Source: a virus
Taxonomy: Duplodnaviria > Heunggongvirae > Uroviricota > Caudoviricetes
Length of the DNA stretch: 64,000 nt
Direction: 5' to 3' (one strand)
Virus record (IMG/VR): IMGVR_UViG_3300027710_000010
Span: 235,583 to 299,582 of that record
In this document: positions 26,420 through 34,518 of the stretch, one piece after another
Layout: every line of letters begins with the position of its first letter
Numbering within the stretch: position 1 is the first letter of the stretch
Program-made: the position numbers and the translations under genes
Notes under the pieces: model-generated
What the model was told of the DNA's origin: nothing
The model's input: only the letters and a program-made list of their open reading frames with translations
Databases searched by the model: none

Positions 26420-26992
26420 TTACCAACGTTTCATAACTTCACGTAGACTTTCATAAGTTATGTGTCGAAAGTTGGGATAATGCCAATCGGGCTCGTGGTA
26501 ATTATTGTCTACTACTCGGTAATATTTAGTATTTTTATTATCGCGTATAACCATTTCAGTCTGTCTAGTCCAGTTGCCAAAGAATGTTGCAGGGTCAGAT
26601 GATTTTTTATAGTTAGGTGTATCAGCAAATACATTATTAACTAAACCGTTGTCACCATGAAAGTCAAATCCAAATATATAAACTTCTTGTGGGTTGTGAC
26701 TGGTTGCTAAGTGTAGTGCAGTAGGTCCGCTACTCCAACCTAGACTGGGATTAAAGTAATTAAATCCTTGAAATGTCTTGTATCTACTATTAGGATTAGT
26801 CCACACTTGGTGTCTTAATTGATACTTAGATTCTTCTATTTCCACAATCATCTTAGGATCAACAGCTATCAAGTAATCAGGTGCAAACTCTCTGTAAACA
26901 GCATTACAGGCATAGACTTTGCCGTAGGGCTTTACTTCTTCAAATTTAATATTAAGGCGGCTCTTGCCATTACCAAAGACAAAACTTCTCAT
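26420..26992 (-). CDS. Rossmann-like putative sugar/nucleotide transferase (sialyltransferase-/DUF115-like)
   Basis: 'FVFGNGKSR', 'YACNAVYR...PDYLIAVD', 'SSGPTA', 'VYIFGFD' motif order. Confidence 0.5.
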   Translation of the reverse strand: MRSFVFGNGKSRLNIKFEEVKPYGKVYACNAVYREFAPDYLIAVDPKMIVEIEESKYQLRHQVWTNPNSRYKTFQGFNYFNPSLGWSSGPTALHLATSHNPQEVYIFGFDFHGDNGLVNNVFADTPNYKKSSDPATFFGNWTRQTEMVIRDNKNTKYYRVVDNNYHEPDWHYPNFRHITYESLREVMKRW

Positions 26993-27008
26993 ATAGAGAA
27001 TTTATCTT

Positions 27009-27248
27009 TTACGACGCTGGAGGAGGTACAGTTCCGTACATTTCATGCACAAAACCTAGTTCTTCTTCTTGTTCTAGTATATGTGCTTCGGAACTTTTAC
27101 GTAGTTCATTTATTTGCTTAAGAGTCAAACGTGTCTTGCGTGTGTCACTGCGCTGTAGTTCTTCAATATCTCTTGCCGCATCAAAGCGAAAGTCATTGCT
27201 GACTCTTCGCGTTTCTGGATCTAGATAAAATAATTCTCTTAATATCAT
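27009..27248 (-). CDS. Small hypothetical late protein
   Basis: 79 aa, 'DTRKTRLTLKQINELRK...MYG'; TAAATA 5 nt before the ATG. Confidence 0.7.
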   Translation of the reverse strand: MILRELFYLDPETRRVSNDFRFDAARDIEELQRSDTRKTRLTLKQINELRKSSEAHILEQEEELGFVHEMYGTVPPPAS

Positions 27249-27253
27249 ATGAT

Positions 27254-27259
27254 TATTTA
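27254..27259 (-). promoter_or_regulatory. Late promoter motif TAAATA
   Basis: GATAAATA overlapping the portal stop codon, 5 nt before ATG 27248. Confidence 0.55.
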
Positions 27260-28975
27260 TCAGGCTGCTGGTGGCGCAGCTGGAGCCGTTGGTACTGCTC
27301 CTGCCTCAGCTCCTGGTACACCTTCAGCTGGTGCAACTTCTTCTGGAGCTGTAGTATCACCTAATTCTAAATCACTGTCAATACCTGCGGCACTTATGCC
27401 TACACTACGTAATTCACCGCTAGCATCTGTGCCAGTGATAGTAGAAGTTCCCTTCTCTTCACGCCACAAGCGTTCGTTTTCTGCCATCTCTTCATCAGTA
27501 ATACCTAAGAATCGTTTCATAGCAAAGCGTTTACTAATATATGGAACAGCTTGAATAGTATTAAAGGTGTTAATACGTTGTCCATCTACTTCTGCTTGAC
27601 GGTATGCCGCAAAGTTTTGTGGTGGTTGGAACTTGATTTCAAACAAACTGCTGTCAATATTGACGCCTCTACTGTACAAGTAACGTTTAAATTCTTGATC
27701 AAATACACTTGTAATCAAACTTTGTAGACGCATACAGTAATTGTTAAAGCGCAATTCTTGAATGTATGCTGTACCAACACGTCCGTCATTGTATTGTGCT
27801 TGACTATCATCTGCACCAGTTGGCAAATAGCTACTTGGAATGCGTAATGCACGGAATAACTTGTTGGTAAAGTACTTCAAGTCATCAATTTCGCCTAAAT
27901 TAGTACCGCCAGGTAGTGTTTCAACTTTACTACCACGACCGCCTTCTGTTTGTGGGAAGAAATAATCTTCGTTAATACTTAATGGATTGTAAGCACTGTC
28001 AATAACGTTCTGTCCACCGCCTGTTTGGCTTGGAATACGACGTTGGTGGATCTCATTCTTTACACGTTCCACGAAACTCATAGCCATGTGGCTTGGCATA
28101 TTACCTACGTCAATGTAGAAAATACGTCTTTCTGGAGCACGTTGTATACGATAGATTAGAATAGCGTCTTCAAGCAGTTCTTTTTGCTTGTAAACTTTAA
28201 ACACTTGTTCTAATAAACTGTTTCCAAACGGAAAATTATTATCTAAGCCTTCACTTAGACTTAGATGGATAACGTGTGCGGCATCTACAGCTAATTCGTT
28301 TTCGCCTATGCTAAATCTATCACCTGATGATTGTGGGAAAGCGCCAGTCATGCCTTTACCAAAGCCGCCGCCATTAACATAATTGCTTCCGCGATTGTTT
28401 GTGGAAATATTACTTGGCTGTATTTGTGTAGCAACTAGATGTTGAAAGTTTGGAGCTAGATCTCTAATAACGTACTGTTCAGGCTTCTTGCCTTCACTTT
28501 CATTAACAATAATCTTAACTACTTTACCTGGATCAACATAAAACCATTTGTTAGTTTCTGGATCTCTAACAAAAAATGCATCACCGTACTTGAATGTGTT
28601 ACGAACTATTCTAAAAAAGCGTGTTTCAAACAGTTGTAACTTACTCCACTGCTGTAAATATTCACGCAACACACGAATTTCTGTGCTGGTTGCTTTACTT
28701 TTAAAACTTAAACTAAAGCTAGTGTTGTTTTCTTTGTTCTTTTGACTGCAAAACTCTGCTAAAATATCTAAAGCCGCATTAACTTCCGGATCCATATCCA
28801 TAGTGTCATACTGCATGTATCTTTCAACACGATTTGGACTACCTGTGTAGACATCTGGCAAGTAACTGCTGTAGTTTGTTCTAGCTGGGCCAGCTTTGCT
28901 TGAATTTGATAACGAACTAACGTTACCCATTCCGCTATTAGCTGGTGCTGGTGTAAAATATTTTTTCCAACTCAT
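27260..28975 (-). CDS. gp20: Portal vertex protein (gp20-like)
   Basis: 'LEDAILIYRIQRAPERRIFYIDVGNMP', 'EDYFFP..EGGRGSKVETLPGGTNLGEIDDLKYF..KLFRALRIPSS'. Confidence 0.96.
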   Translation of the reverse strand: MSWKKYFTPAPANSGMGNVSSLSNSSKAGPARTNYSSYLPDVYTGSPNRVERYMQYDTMDMDPEVNAALDILAEFCSQKNKENNTSFSLSFKSKATSTEIRVLREYLQQWSKLQLFETRFFRIVRNTFKYGDAFFVRDPETNKWFYVDPGKVVKIIVNESEGKKPEQYVIRDLAPNFQHLVATQIQPSNISTNNRGSNYVNGGGFGKGMTGAFPQSSGDRFSIGENELAVDAAHVIHLSLSEGLDNNFPFGNSLLEQVFKVYKQKELLEDAILIYRIQRAPERRIFYIDVGNMPSHMAMSFVERVKNEIHQRRIPSQTGGGQNVIDSAYNPLSINEDYFFPQTEGGRGSKVETLPGGTNLGEIDDLKYFTNKLFRALRIPSSYLPTGADDSQAQYNDGRVGTAYIQELRFNNYCMRLQSLITSVFDQEFKRYLYSRGVNIDSSLFEIKFQPPQNFAAYRQAEVDGQRINTFNTIQAVPYISKRFAMKRFLGITDEEMAENERLWREEKGTSTITGTDASGELRSVGISAAGIDSDLELGDTTAPEEVAPAEGVPGAEAGAVPTAPAAPPAA

Positions 28976-28977
28976 TA

Positions 28978-31476
28978 TTAAGTCCTGTCATGAGCGTTAC
29001 CGCTCATTGCCTTAGTTGCTTTTACTTGCTGTGTTAGCTTACTACTCATTCCTTCGATTGAGTTATATACTTTATTCATAGTAGTATTTAAGCTAGACAT
29101 GAGCTTAACCATGTCGTCTTGACTAGCTTCTTTAGTCGTTGTACCAGTTTTTCTGTCTGCTGTATCCTTAGTTTGGGCAACATCAGCTGGTTTCTTTTCT
29201 TCTGGTTTCTTTTCTTCTGCTTTCTTTTCAGCAGCCTTAGTTGCTGCCGGGATAGTGTCTGCTTGCGGCTTAGCTGTAATTTTTGGCATGCCATCTGAAC
29301 CAATTGATATTGATCCCATGCTTGGCATTTGAAATTTTGGTTTTTCTTTTGGTAATGCTGAGCCTGCTTTAGCAGATAATACGTTTGAAACTTCTTTTTG
29401 TACTGCGCTAACTTCTTCAGAACTTTTAGCTATACTGCTACCTAAGTCGTCAAACGAAGAACCAAAGTCATCGCCCACATCATCAAACGATGACACTAGG
29501 TCTCCCATAGAACTATCAATAACTTTTGTTAAATTGTCTTTGGCTGACTTTAATTCTTCTGCAAGTTTCTCATGTTGCTCGTCAAGCTCTTGATCTGTAC
29601 CTTCATTCCACAGTTTAGTCAAACGTTCTTGCGCGGCTTCTTTCTTTTTAATTGCTTCGTCAATGGCTGCTTGAGCTTTTTCATTAGAATTAACAGAACT
29701 TGCTCCAGGCGCCGCACTAACACTTGTTGAAATTTGTTTTGCAATGCCGCCCAAGTCAATTGATGCTGTATCTGATTTCATCTTAGGCATAGACTTGGCC
29801 ATTTCTTGTACAGCACTAGCCATGCCATCAGTTTTTGCGCCCATCATAAACTTTTGCGCTTGGTCTGGTGTTAATACCATTTCACCTTTTGCTACTTTAC
29901 CAATAAAGTCAGCAGGTTCAAACGGTTGTCCAGTCTTTCCTAACGTGCCTTCATCTCTTGTTGGCACGGCTTCCTTATTCATGTTGTATACTTTCATAGC
30001 ATCACCAACAAAGTTTGTGGCTTTTAATGCTACGTCGCCAGCACCCTGTAGTGCGCCTCCAACTACTTTATCTGTTGCTTGAACTGCTTTATCTACACCT
30101 AACTGTGTTGCTACTGCTTCAATTTTTTCTCTAGCACTGGCTGGCGCCTTAGATGCTCCGCCCATTTGTGCTTGATTAGCCAATGCAGTACTGTATGCGC
30201 CAGCAGTATCCTTAGCAGTATCGCCTGCTCGAACACCTTGACTTGCACTTTGACTAAATTTTAATCCTGCTTTGTTAATTTCGCCTTCATTTAATGGCTT
30301 AACAACTTTGTTTGCTACTGCGGCAGCGGCATCTTGCAGTCTAGCCTGCACAGTAATCATTGCCGACGTGGCACCGTGACGTGCTTGTTGCTCGTCTTGT
30401 ATTGCTTTCTTCTGTGCGCCCAATACTTTAACAGTATCTTCCATAGCAAGGCCCATTGCTTTGGCAGTTTTGGCAGCGCCGTGATAAGCGGCATCATTTG
30501 ATTCAATGTTTTTCTTCATTACATCGGCTGCTGGGCCAACACCTGCCGCGGTAATGTTTAATAATGCCACGTTCTTTTGATTGGCCAAGTTACCAACTTT
30601 GGCTGTTTCCATTGATGCTTGACTAGCTTCAATGTTGCCTTTGCTCAATGCTTTGGCAGATTCTGCTGTGCCTCTGGCTGCTTCACCTAGCAGACCCATT
30701 TGCATTGCGGCTTCTTGACTGCGAACAGTTCCTGTAGCAAACATTTCTTTAAACACTTGCCCTGTGCCCATTGCTTCAGCTTGTGCTAACTGTTTTGCAA
30801 ATCCTTCACGAGCTGTTTTTTCAGCTTCAGCACCTTGAGTAAGACCAATTAATCGCATCTTAGCTTCAATCTGTCCATCAGATTTAGCTTTATCCAGTGC
30901 GGCTTCTTGTTCTTTACGTGTCTTACCTGTTTGTTTAGCAATGAGATCCATCTCTGTAGCTAAGTCAGCGGCAGCTTGTGCAGTTCTAACCTGTCCTGCT
31001 ACACTAGTATCTGTTGTAGACTTTTGAAATCCAATCTGACTAGCAAGAACTTCATTTAAATCTTTGCTGGTGTAACCCATTTGACGTAAATTCTCTGCAA
31101 CGCCACTGTCAAAGAAAGTTTTACTAAATTCTGTAAAGGCCATTCCGCCTTTTGCAACGCTACCGCCTAATCCAGCAAAGCTCTTACCAACTTCGCCGTT
31201 ATTTTTGGTCATCATACCGGAGAAATCATCAAAGCTCATGCGGGTATTAGCCGCGGCAACTTTCATTCCAATGATATCGTTGTTAAAACTATTGCCAGTT
31301 TCACTTAGTTTGTTAAATGCACCTGTACTGTCTTCAACATATTTGGTGGCTGCTTTTAATGGTTCCGTGAACTTTTTAAGTGCATCACCTGCTGGACCTG
31401 CGTCAATACCGCCACCAGATCCCCCGCGTCCTTTGTTGACTGCGTCTGCTAACTTGTCATAATCAATGTCTGCCAT
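28978..31476 (-). CDS. Tape-measure-like protein
   Basis: 832 aa, A/G/K/M-rich helical composition; lies next to the gp26/gp51-like genes. Confidence 0.55.
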   Translation of the reverse strand: MADIDYDKLADAVNKGRGGSGGGIDAGPAGDALKKFTEPLKAATKYVEDSTGAFNKLSETGNSFNNDIIGMKVAAANTRMSFDDFSGMMTKNNGEVGKSFAGLGGSVAKGGMAFTEFSKTFFDSGVAENLRQMGYTSKDLNEVLASQIGFQKSTTDTSVAGQVRTAQAAADLATEMDLIAKQTGKTRKEQEAALDKAKSDGQIEAKMRLIGLTQGAEAEKTAREGFAKQLAQAEAMGTGQVFKEMFATGTVRSQEAAMQMGLLGEAARGTAESAKALSKGNIEASQASMETAKVGNLANQKNVALLNITAAGVGPAADVMKKNIESNDAAYHGAAKTAKAMGLAMEDTVKVLGAQKKAIQDEQQARHGATSAMITVQARLQDAAAAVANKVVKPLNEGEINKAGLKFSQSASQGVRAGDTAKDTAGAYSTALANQAQMGGASKAPASAREKIEAVATQLGVDKAVQATDKVVGGALQGAGDVALKATNFVGDAMKVYNMNKEAVPTRDEGTLGKTGQPFEPADFIGKVAKGEMVLTPDQAQKFMMGAKTDGMASAVQEMAKSMPKMKSDTASIDLGGIAKQISTSVSAAPGASSVNSNEKAQAAIDEAIKKKEAAQERLTKLWNEGTDQELDEQHEKLAEELKSAKDNLTKVIDSSMGDLVSSFDDVGDDFGSSFDDLGSSIAKSSEEVSAVQKEVSNVLSAKAGSALPKEKPKFQMPSMGSISIGSDGMPKITAKPQADTIPAATKAAEKKAEEKKPEEKKPADVAQTKDTADRKTGTTTKEASQDDMVKLMSSLNTTMNKVYNSIEGMSSKLTQQVKATKAMSGNAHDRT

Positions 31477-31500
31477 ATTTTTCCACCAGAAAACTACGTA

Positions 31501-31523
31501 TATAAATACCTATGTTATATTTA
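31501..31523. promoter_or_regulatory. Pair of opposed late promoters for the divergent gp26-like and tape-measure-like genes
   Basis: TATAAATA on + at 31501-31508 and TAAATA on - at 31518-31523. Confidence 0.65.
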
Positions 31524-31535
31524 TCGGAGTAGAAT

Positions 31536-32378
31536 ATGAACCCAAATAACCCGTTACAGAAGTATTATAGACAAGCTAGGATTTACATGGCATTACCTAG
31601 CAAGGGTTTATTTTATCCACCAGGCGCACTACAAGGTGATTACAATAATGTGCCAATTTTTGGCATGACTGGCATGGATGAAATTATCTTTAAGACACCT
31701 GATGCGCTGTTTAACGGTGAGGCTACTACAAAAGTTATCGAAAGTTGTTGCCCATACATTAAAGATGCATCAAGTATGCCCAGCACTGACGTAGATGCAC
31801 TACTTGTTGGTATTAGAATTGCTACTTATGGCAATGAAATGGAACTTGTTCACACTTGTCCTAACTGTAGTACTGAAAATGATTTTGTTGTTAACTTGCA
31901 AACCATATTAGATTACTTTGGTAGTTTAACATTTGACGGTAAAATTAAGATTGACGAGTTGACTATTAATATTAGACCACTGGCCTATAATGAAATAACC
32001 AAGTTCAACATGGAAAATTACAAGCTACAAAAAATGTTATATCAGTTAAGCAAGGCAGAAAACGCAGGTGATGACGATGCCATGTCTAAAATACAAGATG
32101 ACATTTACAAACGCATTGCTGAAATGCAAATAGAGTTGTTTTTGACCAGTATTGAAAGTGTACAAATGGAAGACGGGTCAACAGTTGATGATGAAACTTA
32201 CATTAAAGAATGGTTAGAAAATACTGAACGTCAATTCTTTAAAAAGATCAAGCAAAAGTTGGAAGCAAACAAGACCATGTGGGACATGCCTCAACAACAC
32301 ATTGTTTGTACTTCATGCAGTCACGAATCAGATGTTAGTATTACGCTGGATCAAGCAAATTTTTTCGACAAAAGCTGA
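31536..32378 (+). CDS. Baseplate hub/tail assembly chaperone (gp26-like)
   Basis: 'NPL..YYRQ..IY..LPS.G', 'MT..DE', 'D.DALL..IRIATYG', two CxxC pairs, C-terminal NFF. Confidence 0.75.
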   Translation: MNPNNPLQKYYRQARIYMALPSKGLFYPPGALQGDYNNVPIFGMTGMDEIIFKTPDALFNGEATTKVIESCCPYIKDASSMPSTDVDALLVGIRIATYGNEMELVHTCPNCSTENDFVVNLQTILDYFGSLTFDGKIKIDELTINIRPLAYNEITKFNMENYKLQKMLYQLSKAENAGDDDAMSKIQDDIYKRIAEMQIELFLTSIESVQMEDGSTVDDETYIKEWLENTERQFFKKIKQKLEANKTMWDMPQQHIVCTSCSHESDVSITLDQANFFDKS

Positions 32379-32599
32379 TTTACACCCCGGACTCTGAATT
32401 AGAACAGTTCATCAGAGGTTATGATACCTACGTGAGGGACATTAAGGACGAGATTTTCCGTATCAGCTGGTATATGCGAGGTGGAGTATCTAGCTATGAC
32501 TTGTTTTATGTCTATAGCAGAGACGATCGAATTATAATGAATGAGATTGTCAAAGACAATATTGAATTGACTAAGAAAAGCGGCTTGCCTATCTTATAA
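32357..32599 (+). CDS. gp51-like ORF in the -1 frame, probably expressed as a frameshift fusion to the gp26-like protein
   Basis: Not in the track. Open frame (..FRQKLIYTPDSELEQFIRGYDTYVRDIKDEIFRISWYMRGGVSSYDLF...NIELTKKSGLPIL*) to TAA 32597-32599; no ATG before 32474; slippery AAATTTTTTC at 32357-32366. Confidence 0.7.
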   Translation, partial: KFFRQKLIYTPDSELEQFIRGYDTYVRDIKDEIFRISWYMRGGVSSYDLFYVYSRDDRIIMNEIVKDNIELTKKSGLPIL

Positions 32600-33331
32600 A
32601 GTAGATCCTGCACGACTAGTGCCTTTGAATGGATCTGCAAAAGCCCCGCCTACTGCCTTGCCCATTGTACCCATTGGATCATTAGCGTCAGCAGGTGCAT
32701 CAGCTTTTTGTTTGTTGAGTACAGCCGCATTGCCAGTACCAGTTGCCACTTGAGCAACTGCTTTGGCAGCACCAAACACATCTCCAGCAATTTCAGGAAT
32801 AGTTCCTACACCTGTAATCATAGAACCAAATGTGTCTGTAAGCCATTTTTTACCAGCATCAGTTGTCCACCATAACAACAATGCGGCTTCTGCGCCCTTG
32901 TAAGACAGCTGGCGTGTTATAGCGGCTGCTCCAGGAGCTTTGAATTTGTGTAATATCCATGGAAGAAATTTAAAAATCTTCGTTAACATTATTTTATTAC
33001 CTGCCCACATGACAACTTTGGGGCCTAGTACAGCAACAATAAATTGTCCACGAAGTGTTCTTAATTTTTCTTCGTAATCTGGAGCTTTCTTGTCCAACTC
33101 AGATACTTTTATATTGTAATTGATGATCTCTTTTACAATGTCCAATGCATAAAACAACTTCATTGTTTGACTGCCATAATGACTGGCTACTAATTCAGCA
33201 GCCTGAGCAGCCCTAGCAGATTTACTCGCAGCCTTAGTAGCGGCAGCGCCACTCCTAGTTAATGCTTTAAACCCATTAGCGATCCAACCTTCTTGAGTTT
33301 TCTGTTCTGATATAATGTCGTGGATATTCAT
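32594..33331 (-). CDS. Hypothetical late protein with hydrophobic/amphipathic segments (possible internal virion protein)
   Basis: Start re-called to MNIHDIISE (33331), 7 nt after TAAATA; the track start at 33370 lies inside a hairpin. Confidence 0.65.
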   Translation of the reverse strand: MNIHDIISEQKTQEGWIANGFKALTRSGAAATKAASKSARAAQAAELVASHYGSQTMKLFYALDIVKEIINYNIKVSELDKKAPDYEEKLRTLRGQFIVAVLGPKVVMWAGNKIMLTKIFKFLPWILHKFKAPGAAAITRQLSYKGAEAALLLWWTTDAGKKWLTDTFGSMITGVGTIPEIAGDVFGAAKAVAQVATGTGNAAVLNKQKADAPADANDPMGTMGKAVGGAFADPFKGTSRAGSTL

Positions 33332-33338
33332 AATAGTA

Positions 33339-33344
33339 TATTTA
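33339..33344 (-). promoter_or_regulatory. Late promoter motif TAAATA
   Basis: GATAAATA 7 nt before ATG 33331. Confidence 0.6.
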
Positions 33345-33349
33345 TCGTT

Positions 33350-33834
33350 TTGATGTGAGCTAACGCTCACATGTGTTTGCGTTCAGCTAAAGCTTCACTT
33401 AAACACATTTCTTTCAGTTAAAACTATTTAGATGAATTAACTGCGAAGCAGTTTAAATATTATCTAGATTGTTTAGTCACACTTGGCCCTGGCGGGCCAA
33501 AGTTTTGAACATTATCTGAGTTGCATAGTTCACTTAGCGTTATGGCATTACAGAGGCGGTCATCCTGTACCTCGAGCCATGTCTTTATATGACGGCGGTT
33601 TGTGTCGTATACGCTAACATACACACAAACGTAGGGAATACTATCCCTTCATTTAGCCTTTTGAAATTGTCTTTAAACAGCAAAACCAGTTGTACGAAGG
33701 CGTATCTGATCATCGTCCTGTTAAGGATAGTTACTGAGTACTCTTGGCGGCTAGAGTTTTCCGTCCCTCTTATTATCGAGTTGTCATAGGCGTCTGAAAT
33801 TTGCCGACGCTTGCTTATTACCGCTTGTTGTGCC
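33350..33834 (-). ncRNA. Candidate large structured non-coding RNA / origin-like element
   Basis: The only long intergenic gap in the window; at least nine hairpins, two loop-distal complementarities and a thrice-repeated CAA-N3-4-GATAAT motif; not recognised as a known family. Confidence 0.6.
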
Positions 33835-34263
33835 TTAAGATTTTAGTATATGGGAGCCGTGGACGCGAACTTGAATGTGCCCATTGTAGTAGTCGTCGCG
33901 TTCAAGAACTCGTCTTGCGAATTGTTCTCTTGCTTCAACGTATGAGCATTCAGCCTTTGATTTGCAGTAATATAGAATTTCTCTTGAGAAGTTTTCTTGG
34001 CCTAATGTGTCTATGTCTTTTTGAAGATTAGGACTACTTCCGTAGTACTCACGCCAGTCAGAATCTATCTTACTGCGTATCTTCTTTTTCTTCTTTGAGC
34101 CATTCTTTAATTTTACTGTTTTATAAGTAGTCTTTGAGAATTTGGCGAGCTTTTTGCCTATATACTTGCGTCCAGATGTGAGATTAGTTATGAGATAGAC
34201 AAATCCAATACAATCTTCAGGTAATGATTCCACTATTGTATCTTGATAAGTCCATTGCATCAA
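33835..34263 (-). CDS. Stand-alone GIY-YIG nuclease-family protein (Seg-like)
   Basis: 'GFVYLITNLTSGRKYIGKK', 'W..YYGSS', 'FSREIL', conserved Glu (YVEAREQF) and 'YYNG'. Confidence 0.8.
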   Translation of the reverse strand: MMQWTYQDTIVESLPEDCIGFVYLITNLTSGRKYIGKKLAKFSKTTYKTVKLKNGSKKKKKIRSKIDSDWREYYGSSPNLQKDIDTLGQENFSREILYYCKSKAECSYVEAREQFARRVLERDDYYNGHIQVRVHGSHILKS

Positions 34264-34518
34264 CTATGTATCGATGTCTGGAGCGGTGCCTGTTTGATCT
34301 TGAAGTTTCTTTTGTTTTTTAATTTCATCTAGTTCCATGCGCCACTCTCTAACGTGTTTGCGCCGTAAACTACATAGTCGCCTAATTTCGCTGAGCCAAA
34401 ATCGTACTTCGATGGCGGCTCTGCGTGTGCCTCTGTTAAGCCATTTTTGATTTGCTTTAAAATAATTACTAAACGCAGTCATTAATTCTGCGTGTAGTTC
34501 TTCATCTTGTTGCATCAA
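34264..34518 (-). CDS. Small basic helical protein (Hc1/histone-H1-like phage family, tentative)
   Basis: 'KW...G.R.AA...R..LSEI..L...RRK' pattern. Confidence 0.45.
   Translation of the reverse strand: MMQQDEELHAELMTAFSNYFKANQKWLNRGTRRAAIEVRFWLSEIRRLCSLRRKHVREWRMELDEIKKQKKLQDQTGTAPDIDT

Noticed and set aside
33459-33783. Possible CRISPR or mini-array from the CAA..GATAAT repeats
   Set aside because: Only three degenerate copies with irregular spacing and no cas genes; kept only as repeats within the structured element.
33589-34031. Plus-strand ORFs of 66 and 76 aa over the non-coding region and the GIY-YIG gene
   Set aside because: No SD, not protein-like; one is antisense to a real gene and the other crosses the hairpin cluster.
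33350-34263. Group I intron carrying a GIY-YIG homing endonuclease
   Set aside because: No interrupted host gene on the flanks and no recognisable P7/catalytic core by eye; an Rfam scan is needed to exclude it fully.
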